NCBI RefSeq assembly: GCF_947500255.1
Contig: NZ_CANMRL010000009.1
Coordinates: forward strand, 4,692-68,691
Reading direction: 5' to 3'
Length of the DNA: 64,000 nt
DNA from: an uncultured Psychroserpens sp.
GTDB taxonomy: Bacteria; Bacteroidota; Bacteroidia; Flavobacteriales; Flavobacteriaceae
Shown: one piece after another, positions 48,600 to 58,000 of the stretch
Numbering within the stretch: the first letter of the stretch is position 1
How the letters are laid out: each line of letters opens with the position of its first letter
Notes under the pieces: model-generated
Databases searched by the model: none
What the model saw: only the letters and a program-made list of their open reading frames with translations
What the model was told of the DNA's origin: nothing
Program-made: the position numbers and the translations under genes

Positions 48600-49646
48600 A
48601 TGAAAAATCTATTGATTGTATTCATACTACTCTTCTCGATACAAAATTCAAAATCACAAGAACTCGAAACAATTCTATTGGCTGCAGATGATGCTAGCTT
48701 ACTTACTCAAAACTATCTAAATCCAGCTATGGAAGGTTTAATGTATAGTATGAATGGTGGTTGGTACTCGACAGCTAAAACTCATAAAAAATTTGGTTTC
48801 GATATTATGATTAATGCCAATGCCTCTTTTGTTCCTAGTCAAGATCAACTATTTGCATTTGTACCAGGAGACTATACATTTCTATCATTACCTAATGGAG
48901 AAACATCTTTAAATACAGTAATGAGCGAAAATGATGCTGAGACCCAAATAGATATTAGTATTCCAACAGGAGAGGGTACTTTTAAAGTAGCTAGTTTTGA
49001 TATGCCTGGAGGTATTACTGATGACTTACCAATTAATGCAGTTCCTACACCAATGGTACAATTAGGATTTGGACTCCCTTTCAACACAGATATAAAACTT
49101 AGACTATTCCCAGAATTAAATTTTGATGATAGTGTCAATGCTAATCTCATTGGATTTGGTTTACAACATGATCTTATGCAGTATTTGGGACCATTAGATA
49201 AATTGCCTTTGAGTTTATCTATATTAGGTGCATTTACTAATATGAAAGTGACCTATGATATTGATGATGAAAATACCGAAGATGAGGTTGCAGTAAGTAA
49301 CGGAGAAGCAGAATTTAAAATGAATACTTGGACAATCCAGGCCATTGCTTCGTTAGATTTTAAAATTATTACACTATATGGAAGTCTAGGTTATAATCAA
49401 GGTAAGACGACCGCTAAAATGAAAGGCGATTATATATTGACCTATGATGTTGTAGATAGCAACGGTAATGTCATCGGAACCATTGACGAATCAATTCGTA
49501 ATCCGATAAATTTAGATTTTGAAGCCAACGGGATGCGAGCAACTTTAGGAACTCGATTAAATATTGGGTTTTTTAAGATTTTTGCAGATTATACGTTTCA
49601 AGACTATAATACAGCAACAGCAGGAATTGCCTTTAGTTTCAGATAA
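48600..49646 (+). CDS. DUF6588-family outer-membrane protein
   Basis: Signal peptide from ATG 48600; MNGGWYSTAK; terminal AGIAFSFR. Confidence 0.75.
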   Translation: MKNLLIVFILLFSIQNSKSQELETILLAADDASLLTQNYLNPAMEGLMYSMNGGWYSTAKTHKKFGFDIMINANASFVPSQDQLFAFVPGDYTFLSLPNGETSLNTVMSENDAETQIDISIPTGEGTFKVASFDMPGGITDDLPINAVPTPMVQLGFGLPFNTDIKLRLFPELNFDDSVNANLIGFGLQHDLMQYLGPLDKLPLSLSILGAFTNMKVTYDIDDENTEDEVAVSNGEAEFKMNTWTIQAIASLDFKIITLYGSLGYNQGKTTAKMKGDYILTYDVVDSNGNVIGTIDESIRNPINLDFEANGMRATLGTRLNIGFFKIFADYTFQDYNTATAGIAFSFR

Positions 49647-49674
49647 CATTTTGTAAATTTAAAAAGTAATGAGT

Positions 49675-49703
49675 AGGCGTAGGATTTTATCTTACGCTTT
49701 TTT
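49675..49703 (+). terminator. Intrinsic terminator
   Basis: GGCGTAGGAT ttt ATCTTACGCT plus a T run. Confidence 0.7.
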
Positions 49704-49771
49704 CATTAAAAGCCTAAAAATTTGTAATTTTGCACTCTCAAATAACAACACAATTTAAAACATAAAATTAT

Positions 49772-50698
49772 ATGAAGGTTACAGTAGTTGGAGCAGGAGC
49801 AGTAGGTGCAAGTTGCGCAGAATATATTGCAATTAAAGATTTTGCTAGCGAAGTTGTATTATTAGACATTAAAGAAGGTTTTGCAGAAGGTAAAGCAATG
49901 GATTTAATGCAAACCGCTTCTTTAAATGGTTTTGATACTAAAATTACAGGTGTTACTAACGATTATACAAAAACAGCTAATAGCGATATTTGTGTGATTA
50001 CTTCTGGAATTCCGCGTAAACCAGGTATGACTCGTGAAGAGTTAATTGGCATTAATGCAGGAATCGTTAAATCTGTATCTTCTAGTTTAATCGAACATTC
50101 TCCAAATACAATCATCATTGTAGTCAGTAACCCAATGGATACTATGACTTACTTGGTTCATAAAACTACTGATCTTCCTAAAAACCGAATTATTGGTATG
50201 GGAGGTGCACTAGATTCTGCACGTTTTAAATACAGATTGGCAGAAGCTTTAGGAGCTCCTATTAGTGATGTTGATGGAATGGTAATTGGAGGTCACAGCG
50301 ATAAAGGTATGGTGCCTCTAACTGCACATGCAACTAGGAATAGTGTGAAGGTTTCGGAGTTTTTATCAAACGAACGTTTAAATCAAGTGAAAGAAGATAC
50401 TAAAGTTGGTGGAGCAACGCTAACCAAATTATTAGGAACTTCTGCTTGGTATGCGCCAGGAGCTGCTGTAAGTGGATTAGTTCAAGCTATAGCTTGCGAT
50501 CAAAAGAAAATGTTCCCTTGCTCTACATTATTAGAAGGAGAATATGGCTTGAATGATCTATGCATTGGTGTTCCTGTTATTTTAGGACGCAATGGTATTG
50601 AAGAGATTGTAAAAATCAATTTGAGTGATGCCGAAGAAGCTCATTTAAATGAAAGTGCTGAAGGTGTTAAGAAAACTAACGGTTTGTTAGAATTATAA
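49772..50698 (+). CDS. mdh: Malate dehydrogenase (LDH-like)
   Basis: GAGAVG, RKPGMTREEL, NPMD, LDSARF, SAWYAPG. Confidence 0.95.
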   Translation: MKVTVVGAGAVGASCAEYIAIKDFASEVVLLDIKEGFAEGKAMDLMQTASLNGFDTKITGVTNDYTKTANSDICVITSGIPRKPGMTREELIGINAGIVKSVSSSLIEHSPNTIIIVVSNPMDTMTYLVHKTTDLPKNRIIGMGGALDSARFKYRLAEALGAPISDVDGMVIGGHSDKGMVPLTAHATRNSVKVSEFLSNERLNQVKEDTKVGGATLTKLLGTSAWYAPGAAVSGLVQAIACDQKKMFPCSTLLEGEYGLNDLCIGVPVILGRNGIEEIVKINLSDAEEAHLNESAEGVKKTNGLLEL

Positions 50699-50723
50699 TA
50701 CCAATACATTTTTAAATATATTT

Positions 50724-50752
50724 AAGGCTGTTATTAGATATGACAGCCTTTA
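50724..50752 (+). terminator. Probable weak terminator after mdh
   Basis: AAGGCTGTTA...TGACAGCCTT with a short T tail. Confidence 0.55.
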
Positions 50753-50767
50753 TTATTTCTATAACCT

Positions 50768-51685
50768 ATGAAGTATCTCTATATTATTAGTATTACAATA
50801 TTGTTTCTTTCCTGCGGAAATGTAAAACCTAAACATCACTATCGTATCATTTACGAATTTGAAAATTCGGAGACGGTTTCTGCTAATGATAAACAGGGAA
50901 CCATCGCTACATTAATTACTCGATTAAAACCTCTTGCTTCAGATGTCGAAGTGACATTGAATAATAAACAACAAATTGAAATCAATATTAATTCCAATGC
51001 TAAGTTAGATAGATTACAGCTTATCTTGGAAAATCGCGGACAATTAGATTTTTGGGAATGTTTACAACTAAATGACTTAAATACATTTATAATTGAAGCC
51101 ATCGGAACTTTTGCAAGTGAAGTTGATGATTCAGGATCTGCGGTAGATATAATCAAAGCACCAACTGATCATTTTGGAGCTCTCTTTTCAGTAGCAACAA
51201 AGGATACAGCAACCATTAGTAATTTTTTGAATAGGAAAGACATAAGAGCATTGCTACCTGCTGAATTGAAAAAGACAAAATTCTTATTCGGACTGCCAAA
51301 TGATATAGGTGAACGCGATGTTTATGGGATTAGATCCACTTCCAGTGGTAGGGCTTTTGTAAATGAAACCCATATTGTTAGTGCAGAACAAATCTATTCA
51401 TTCAACGATCGTCCATCCATAAGTATGGTAATGAATCAAAAGGGAGCACAACGTTGGGAAAGAATGACAGAGATAGCATATCAAAAAGGTTCTCGAATAG
51501 CTATTACAGTAAATAATATTATATACTCGGCTCCAACAGTGTCAAGTGGACCAATTAGTGCTGGTAAAACAGAAATCACAGGAGGGTTTACCTTAGATAA
51601 AGCACAAATATTAGCATTAGTTTTAAATTCACATAGACGTATTCCTAAGCTAAAGTTCGTCAACTCTTCTGCTATAAACGATTAA
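50768..51685 (+). CDS. Lipoprotein consisting only of the SecD periplasmic P1 domain
   Basis: FLSC lipobox; RGQLDFWE, SISMVMNQKGAQRWERMT, IAITVNNIIYSAPTV, ITGGFTLDKAQILALVL parallel the secDF P1 in this window; no TM helices. Confidence 0.8.
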   Translation: MKYLYIISITILFLSCGNVKPKHHYRIIYEFENSETVSANDKQGTIATLITRLKPLASDVEVTLNNKQQIEININSNAKLDRLQLILENRGQLDFWECLQLNDLNTFIIEAIGTFASEVDDSGSAVDIIKAPTDHFGALFSVATKDTATISNFLNRKDIRALLPAELKKTKFLFGLPNDIGERDVYGIRSTSSGRAFVNETHIVSAEQIYSFNDRPSISMVMNQKGAQRWERMTEIAYQKGSRIAITVNNIIYSAPTVSSGPISAGKTEITGGFTLDKAQILALVLNSHRRIPKLKFVNSSAIND

Positions 51686-51724
51686 GTGTAACAATAGATT
51701 CTTTATTTTTTATATATTTGGCGC

Positions 51725-52360
51725 ATGAATTCGAGATGGTACATTAGTATTCTCATAATAACGTTAACTTTACTAGGTAGTATAGCTAGTAATGATCAAA
51801 CGTCTGTACCTAATCAAGAGATTGTTCTACAGTTTACATCCAGCTCTATTACATCTCAGGATACGCAGCATGCGATTGCTCTTGTAAAGCAGAAACTTCA
51901 AACGGCTGATGTTAAAGATATCAAAGTACAAGAGCAGCTTAATGGACAATTAAAAATTTCTTACTACAGTAGTTCGGATGTATCCATTATAAAAGCATTG
52001 CTTTCTGAAGATGATAACCTTTCCATAGATTATGTTTCTAAAGAGGATAATCAAAACAAAGTGCCTTCCGAAGATAAAACAATCACTTACAATGTTGATG
52101 TTTATGAAATTCTAAAAGGTGATGATGCTTCAAGTTTAGATGGGAAACTGGCCTTAGAGACTAAAGCAGAAAATGATAGATTCTCAAATCCTAATAGTTT
52201 TCTATCTACAAAGAACATAGATGATAGAGCACTTAGCAGAATTGTTAAAGTCGCTTACAGATTCAATAAAAATATTGCAATCGCAATAGATAATAGGTCA
52301 CGCAAAATCCCTGAGGTTAGGGCAGGGCCTACTACAAATGTGAGTGATCTATTAAGCTAA
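51725..52360 (+). CDS. Exported protein upstream of secDF, candidate RAGP translation-arrest peptide
   Basis: N-terminal hydrophobic signal; IPEVRAGP at aa 195-202 near the C-terminus. Confidence 0.75.
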   Translation: MNSRWYISILIITLTLLGSIASNDQTSVPNQEIVLQFTSSSITSQDTQHAIALVKQKLQTADVKDIKVQEQLNGQLKISYYSSSDVSIIKALLSEDDNLSIDYVSKEDNQNKVPSEDKTITYNVDVYEILKGDDASSLDGKLALETKAENDRFSNPNSFLSTKNIDDRALSRIVKVAYRFNKNIAIAIDNRSRKIPEVRAGPTTNVSDLLS

Positions 52361-52478
52361 TTTGCTTAAGATTCCCACAATACTTTCAGTATATAATTGA
52401 GATATATCTCAATCAATTAAATGGTGATCAACTAAGTTGAAAAGCCTTACAACAATTTCATATAATTATAAAAAACAA

Positions 52479-52508
52479 TTGTCAAATTCGGTGTGAATTC
52501 TATATTTG
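52479..52508 (+). promoter_or_regulatory. sigmaA promoter directly upstream of secDF
   Basis: TTG, 19-nt spacer, TATATTTG (52501-08). Confidence 0.65.
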
Positions 52509-52540
52509 CGCGATTAAAAATTTGACCTAAAAAAAGTACA

Positions 52541-55500
52541 ATGCAAAACAAAGGACTAGTTAAGCTTTTTGCAGTGTTATTTGGATTGGTAAGTATCTAC
52601 CAATTATCATTTACATTCAAAAACAACCAAATCGATGAAGCTGCAAAGACATTTGCAGAAAGTAAATATGACAACCCAGATGATGTCAATGCAGAGGAAG
52701 TACGCTATATAGACTCGCTGTCTAATATAGAAGCTTACAATATGGGTATTGCAAGTTTTACAGGTAAAGAAGTTAAGGAGAAAGCCATGAATCTTGGTCT
52801 TGACCTTAAAGGTGGATTAAATGTTATTCTTCAAATTTCTGTTAGAGATATCCTTTTCGGTTTATCAAATAACAGTAAAGACCCAGCATTTAATAAAGCA
52901 CTAAGCGATGCTCAAGAAATTCAGAAAAATGCTCAAGAATCGTATTTAGAGTCTTTCTTTACAGCTTGGGAGGCAGTAAAAGGTGATCAAAAATTAGCAT
53001 CACCAGATATTTTTGCTAATAGAGATCTAGATGATGTTATTGATATTTCGATGACAGATGCTGATGTGAAAAACAAATTACAGGAAAAAGTAGATGAATC
53101 AATCGTTTCGGCATTTGAAGTATTACGTAAACGTATAGATCAATTTGGTGTAACATCTCCAAATATCCAACGTTTAGGAAACTCTGGTCGTGTATTAGTT
53201 GAATTACCAGGAGTTAAAGATGTACAACGTGCTACCGAATTAATTACAACCACAGCACAATTACAGTTTTGGGATGTGGCTAAACCGGGAGAGTTAGGAA
53301 CCTTTTTAAATCAAGCTAACGAAATACTTAAAGCAAAATTAGATGTTGATGAGAAAGAAGAGGCGGTAGAAGTTCAAGATACAGTAGCTACTGATAGTAC
53401 TGATACTAAAGATAGCACAATTGATGATTTATTAGGAGAAACATCTACAGATTCTACCGCTGTACAAACAGTAGTTAATCCGATAGGTGATATGATCGTT
53501 GCTGTATATCCAAACACGCAAGGTGGTTTATTTGCTATCGAATCAAGTAACAAGGAGTTGCTTGAATCTTACCTTAAAATGCCAGAGGTTAGAGCTGCAT
53601 TACCTGCAGATGCTCGTTTTACTAAGTTTGTATTTGGATTACCTTATATAGCAAATGCCGAAACTGGTATTGAGTATATCGATTTATATGCTCTCAAAGG
53701 AAATAGAGATAATGAACCAGAATTAAGCGGAGGTGTAGTAACAGATGCGCGTCAATCATTTAGCCAGAGCAACCAGCCATCAGTATCTATGCAGATGAAT
53801 GCTAAAGGTTCTAAGGTTTGGGAAGAGATGACTGGTAGAGCCAATCAAAACCAAAGTCAGATTGCCATAGTATTAGATGATATCGTATACTCTGCGCCTA
53901 CAGCATCAAATGGAGCGATTTCTGGTGGTAACACTGAGATTTCTGGAAACTTTACAGTTAAAGAAGCTGAAGATTTAGCTAATGTTTTAAGAGCTGGTAA
54001 ATTACCAGCAAAAGCTGAGATTGTTCAAGCTGATCAAGTAGGTCCTTCTTTAGGAAAAGAAGCTATAGAGAGTGGTACTAAATCATTCTTAATTGCTTTA
54101 TCATTAGTGTTGATTTGGATGATTCTTTACTATGGAAAGGCAGGTATCTTTGCAGATATCGCTTTATTATTAAACATCTTATTAATCTTTGGTGTATTAT
54201 CAGGATTAGGAGCTGTATTAACGCTTCCTGGTTTAGCAGGTATCGTATTAACAATTGGTATGTCGGTAGATGCTAACGTACTTATTTTTGAACGTATACG
54301 TGAAGAGCTTGGTAAAGGGAAGTCGCAAAAAGAAGCAGTTAAAGACGGTTTCGCTAACGCATTATCTTCAATTTTGGATGCCAACATTACAACAGGTTTA
54401 ACAGCATTAATCCTATTTGTATTTGGTACAGGACCAATTAAAGGTTTCGCAACAACATTATTAATAGGTATTTTAACATCATTATTTACAGCAATCTTTA
54501 TTACTCGTTTGTTAGTAGATTGGTATGTAAATAGTGGTAAGAAGTTGGACTTCTCTACATCGATTACTAAAAACTTATTTAAAAATAATAAGATCAACTT
54601 TATTGGTAAACGTAAAGTTGCTTATGTGGTTTCAGGAATTTTAATTGCAGTATGTTTAGGATCGTTATTTACTAATAAACTAGATCAAGGTATTGATTTT
54701 GTTGGAGGTAGAACATATCAAGTTCGTTTTGATGATGCAGTAAGTTCAGAGGCAGTTGCTAAAGATTTAACTGCAGTGTTCCAAAGTGTTGAAGTAAAAA
54801 CAATTGGTAGTGCAAATCAATTAAAGATTTCTACGAAATATAAAGTCGACGAAAACTCTGTTGAGGTTGATGAAGAAGTACAAACAATGCTTTTTAATGG
54901 ATTAAAATCATACTTGCCAGAAGGACTGTCATATGCAGACTTCTCTGAAGGTAAAAATAATATTGGTAAAGTGCTCTCTAGTAAAGTGAGTCCGACCATT
55001 GCCGATGATATTAAGAGAGAATCATTACTAGCAGTTTTAGGATCGTTAGTGGTTGTATTCTTATATATCTTATTCCGTTTTAAAAGATGGCAATTCTCAT
55101 TAGGAGCTGTAGCGGCAGTTTTCCATGATGTGATTATTGTATTAGGTATCTTCTCATTATTATACAAGTTCATGCCATTTAGTATGGAAATTGACCAAGC
55201 ATTTATTGCGGCAATTTTGACCGTTATTGGTTACTCGTTAAATGATACGGTTGTTGTATTTGATAGAATTAGAGAAGTACTTGCTGAACGTGCAGGATTT
55301 AAAGGAGGTGTAAACATCAACTCGGCAATTAATAGTACATTAAGTAGAACATTAAATACGTCGTTAACAACATTAGTAGTGTTATTGGCAATGTTCATCT
55401 TTGGTGCCGAATCACTTAGAGGTTTATTATTTGCCTTAATCGTAGGTGTTGTTGTTGGTACCTACTCTTCGGTATTTATCGCAACACCATTAATGTATGA

Positions 55501-55555
55501 CACATTAAAAAATAAAGGTATTGCGCCTCCAAAAGAGGAAGACAATAAAAAGTAA
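52541..55555 (+). CDS. secDF: Fused protein translocase subunit SecDF
   Basis: LGLDLKGG, GPSLG, IGMSVDANVLIFERIRE, GIDFVGG, GYSLNDTVVVFDRIRE. Confidence 0.97.
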   Translation: MQNKGLVKLFAVLFGLVSIYQLSFTFKNNQIDEAAKTFAESKYDNPDDVNAEEVRYIDSLSNIEAYNMGIASFTGKEVKEKAMNLGLDLKGGLNVILQISVRDILFGLSNNSKDPAFNKALSDAQEIQKNAQESYLESFFTAWEAVKGDQKLASPDIFANRDLDDVIDISMTDADVKNKLQEKVDESIVSAFEVLRKRIDQFGVTSPNIQRLGNSGRVLVELPGVKDVQRATELITTTAQLQFWDVAKPGELGTFLNQANEILKAKLDVDEKEEAVEVQDTVATDSTDTKDSTIDDLLGETSTDSTAVQTVVNPIGDMIVAVYPNTQGGLFAIESSNKELLESYLKMPEVRAALPADARFTKFVFGLPYIANAETGIEYIDLYALKGNRDNEPELSGGVVTDARQSFSQSNQPSVSMQMNAKGSKVWEEMTGRANQNQSQIAIVLDDIVYSAPTASNGAISGGNTEISGNFTVKEAEDLANVLRAGKLPAKAEIVQADQVGPSLGKEAIESGTKSFLIALSLVLIWMILYYGKAGIFADIALLLNILLIFGVLSGLGAVLTLPGLAGIVLTIGMSVDANVLIFERIREELGKGKSQKEAVKDGFANALSSILDANITTGLTALILFVFGTGPIKGFATTLLIGILTSLFTAIFITRLLVDWYVNSGKKLDFSTSITKNLFKNNKINFIGKRKVAYVVSGILIAVCLGSLFTNKLDQGIDFVGGRTYQVRFDDAVSSEAVAKDLTAVFQSVEVKTIGSANQLKISTKYKVDENSVEVDEEVQTMLFNGLKSYLPEGLSYADFSEGKNNIGKVLSSKVSPTIADDIKRESLLAVLGSLVVVFLYILFRFKRWQFSLGAVAAVFHDVIIVLGIFSLLYKFMPFSMEIDQAFIAAILTVIGYSLNDTVVVFDRIREVLAERAGFKGGVNINSAINSTLSRTLNTSLTTLVVLLAMFIFGAESLRGLLFALIVGVVVGTYSSVFIATPLMYDTLKNKGIAPPKEEDNKK

Positions 55556-55573
55556 TTGCTTTTATTATATATT

Positions 55574-55603
55574 AAAAAACCACTTCATTTGAAGTGGTTT
55601 TTT
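55574..55603 (+). terminator. Intrinsic terminator
   Basis: AAAAAACCACTTCA tt TGAAGTGGTTTTTT. Confidence 0.85.
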
Positions 55604-55617
55604 GTTTATATTTAACT

Positions 55618-56136
55618 ATGAATAAAATACTTTTTATTTCTGTATTATTTTTCACTTCCTTGTTTTCGTATGCTCAAAGCGGAGAGCCAGATAAATATAA
55701 GAAAACCTATAATGATATCATTTTTTCTCCCGGGCTTATCGTTCAGCATGAAACGTTTTTAGAAGTTAATGTATTGATTGGTGATGTTACTGTAGAGACT
55801 AATGGGAAAATTCCTATTGTTGGTGTAGACGGATTTAGAATTGGTGTTGAGACCAACCTACGTGATGGTCGCAATCATACTATTGCTCCCAAAATTGGAT
55901 ACGAATTATCAGCAACGGTTTTTGCAATTCGCTTATCAGCAGTTAATTATTTCCAAAATGGGAACTCAGAGTTCAGAGTGCTTCCGGAAGTGGGAATAAG
56001 TATGGGAGGTTGGGCTAATCTAACGTATGGTTATGGCATTCCATTTAATAATGGAAATTTAAATAATGTGAGTAATCATAGAGTAGGACTCAGTTTTAAT
56101 CTTGATAGGAGGCTAAGTGATGAGGTTGGTTTGTAG
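55618..56136 (+). CDS. Secreted or outer-membrane hypothetical protein
   Basis: Signal peptide MNKILF...SYAQ from ATG 55618; amphipathic beta pattern. Confidence 0.65.
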   Translation: MNKILFISVLFFTSLFSYAQSGEPDKYKKTYNDIIFSPGLIVQHETFLEVNVLIGDVTVETNGKIPIVGVDGFRIGVETNLRDGRNHTIAPKIGYELSATVFAIRLSAVNYFQNGNSEFRVLPEVGISMGGWANLTYGYGIPFNNGNLNNVSNHRVGLSFNLDRRLSDEVGL

Positions 56137-56137
56137 G

Positions 56138-56641
56138 CTATTGTTTTGAAAACTCAACAAGGTCTCCTTTTTCCAGAGTCCAAATATCACTTAATCCAGC
56201 ATTCACTTCAAGTACATATTTTGCGGGACCTTCAGATGGTAAAGAGGTTTCGTCATAAGGTTTGGCGTTTTTTTGAATACTCACCACAGTTTTGTCTTCA
56301 GCGATATAAATAATATCTAATGGAATTTCGGTATTCTTCATATAAAACGAACGATAGTCTATATTTGGAAAAATAAAAAGCATACCATGACTGTCTTTCA
56401 TGCTATCGCGATACATTAAACCAGTTTGAGTAGAGTACTCATCATCGGCTATTTCAATATCAAGCGATACTAAAAGTGAATCTGAAACGGCTTTTTTTAA
56501 TTGTAATTCTCCTTCTTTTTTGAAATTGATCTTTGCTATAGTAACTTCGGAAGATTTTTTATCTTCTTTACAAGATGATACCTGAAGCATAATTATTCCG
56601 GAGAACAAAATAACAGCCAACCTTATATAGAGACGATTCAT
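56138..56641 (-). CDS. DUF192-domain lipoprotein
   Basis: GLMYR, GMLFIF, FYMKNTEIPLDII, YVLEVNAG. Confidence 0.9.
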   Translation of the reverse strand: MNRLYIRLAVILFSGIIMLQVSSCKEDKKSSEVTIAKINFKKEGELQLKKAVSDSLLVSLDIEIADDEYSTQTGLMYRDSMKDSHGMLFIFPNIDYRSFYMKNTEIPLDIIYIAEDKTVVSIQKNAKPYDETSLPSEGPAKYVLEVNAGLSDIWTLEKGDLVEFSKQ

Positions 56642-56642
56642 C

Positions 56643-57572
56643 TTAGCTTAATTTAGATTTAGGCTTATAAATAAACATAAAGTAAAGTCCGATAAGTATA
56701 AAAGGAATACTTAGTACTTGTCCTGTATTCATAAATAGGACATAATCATCCCTGCCGTCGACTTGGGCTTCTTTTACAAACTCAACAAAGAATCTAACTG
56801 TCCATAATAACACTAAGAATAATCCAAATAAGAAGCCTTGTTGTTCACTCTTTTTAGTTTTCCAATAGACAAATAATAAGATGAGAAACACAAAAATATA
56901 ACTCCCAGCTTCGTACAATTGAGCTGGGTGTCTATAAGGCACATTTTCTAGATATTCAGCATACTTAGGATCGCTACCTAATTTGCTATATGCATCTTTT
57001 ATATTTTTAAGTCCAGTAATCTTTTCAACATCATATTTATTGTATTGATCCTGAACAAAGCGTACACCTAAAGATGACTCTGTAACTTTACCAATAATTT
57101 CAGAATTAATAAAGTTGCCCAATCTCACAAAAACAGCACCTAAAGCTACAGGTACAACAACACGATCTAAAATCCAAAGCACCGTTTTTTTCAATACTTT
57201 TTTATTGTAGAGATACATCGATATAATCATTCCAATAGCTGCTCCATGACTGGCAAGACCTTGAAATCCTGTAAATTCAAAGCCCCCTTTAAATTTAAAA
57301 GGAAGAAAAATGCTAAAAAAGTCTTGTGAAATCAATTCAGATTGGTAAAAAATAACATGCCCCAAACGTGCGCCTAGCATGATGCCAACAACCGAATAAA
57401 TGAACAATGAGTCTAAAGATTCATTGGTTTGGTTTTCATTCTTATACATACGTTTCATAATGGTGAAACCTAACAAGAATGCGACAATCCACATAATACT
57501 ATAATAATGTAGAGTAAAGAAGCCTAGATCTATTCCTTTAGAAGGATTCCATGTCATTTGAAGAGCAAGCAT
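56643..57572 (-). CDS. lgt: Prolipoprotein diacylglyceryl transferase
   Basis: GARLGHV, LASHG, RLGNFINSEI, RHPAQLYE. Confidence 0.95.
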   Translation of the reverse strand: MLALQMTWNPSKGIDLGFFTLHYYSIMWIVAFLLGFTIMKRMYKNENQTNESLDSLFIYSVVGIMLGARLGHVIFYQSELISQDFFSIFLPFKFKGGFEFTGFQGLASHGAAIGMIISMYLYNKKVLKKTVLWILDRVVVPVALGAVFVRLGNFINSEIIGKVTESSLGVRFVQDQYNKYDVEKITGLKNIKDAYSKLGSDPKYAEYLENVPYRHPAQLYEAGSYIFVFLILLFVYWKTKKSEQQGFLFGLFLVLLWTVRFFVEFVKEAQVDGRDDYVLFMNTGQVLSIPFILIGLYFMFIYKPKSKLS

Positions 57573-57648
57573 ACATTTAATTTTTGTTGGGATAAAGATA
57601 GTATTTATGTCTAAACTACCAGTATTGTTAAGATAGTTTTAATCTTCT

Positions 57649-57808
57649 TTCTCCGGAACTGGATCATAGCCAGATTTTCCCCAGGGCGACTGAACGAAGG
57701 AAAGAATGTACGGTGTACATTTTTAGTGAAAGTGCGAGCTGGTGCGCTGGTAAATTTTTAGTTGTCATCCTTCTCCGGAACTGGATCATAGCCAGATTTT
57801 CCCCAGGG
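57649..57808. mobile_element. Miniature insertion or scar at the yidD 3' end
   Basis: Exact 38-bp direct repeats (57649-57686, 57771-57808) around a 67-bp foreign core and a 17-bp inverted copy of yidD sequence. Confidence 0.65.
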
Positions 57809-58000
57809 ATGACAACTAAAAATACGTTTAAGTGCTAATCTCCCTCCTTTCCAAAGGCCATGTTTTTCTAATGCTTCTTTGGAGTAGTGTGAACAAGTTG
57901 GCTGAAATCTACAAGTTGCAGGTGTTAGTGGAGAAATCAAAGTTTGATACACTTTAATTAAAAACAGAAAAGGTGCAACTAGGATACGTTTCATGATCAA
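57758..58000 (-). CDS. yidD: Membrane protein insertion efficiency factor
   Basis: [10 protein letters not shown]...[13 protein letters not shown]. Confidence 0.95.
   Translation of the reverse strand: MIMKRILVAPFLFLIKVYQTLISPLTPATCRFQPTCSHYSKEALEKHGLWKGGRLALKRIFSCHPWGKSGYDPVPEKDDN

Noticed and set aside
57687-57753. Hammerhead ribozyme in the yidD insertion core (CTGA..GA...GAAA)
   Set aside because: The core has an extra base (CTGAACGA), the cleavage triplet would end in G, and stem I cannot be formed.
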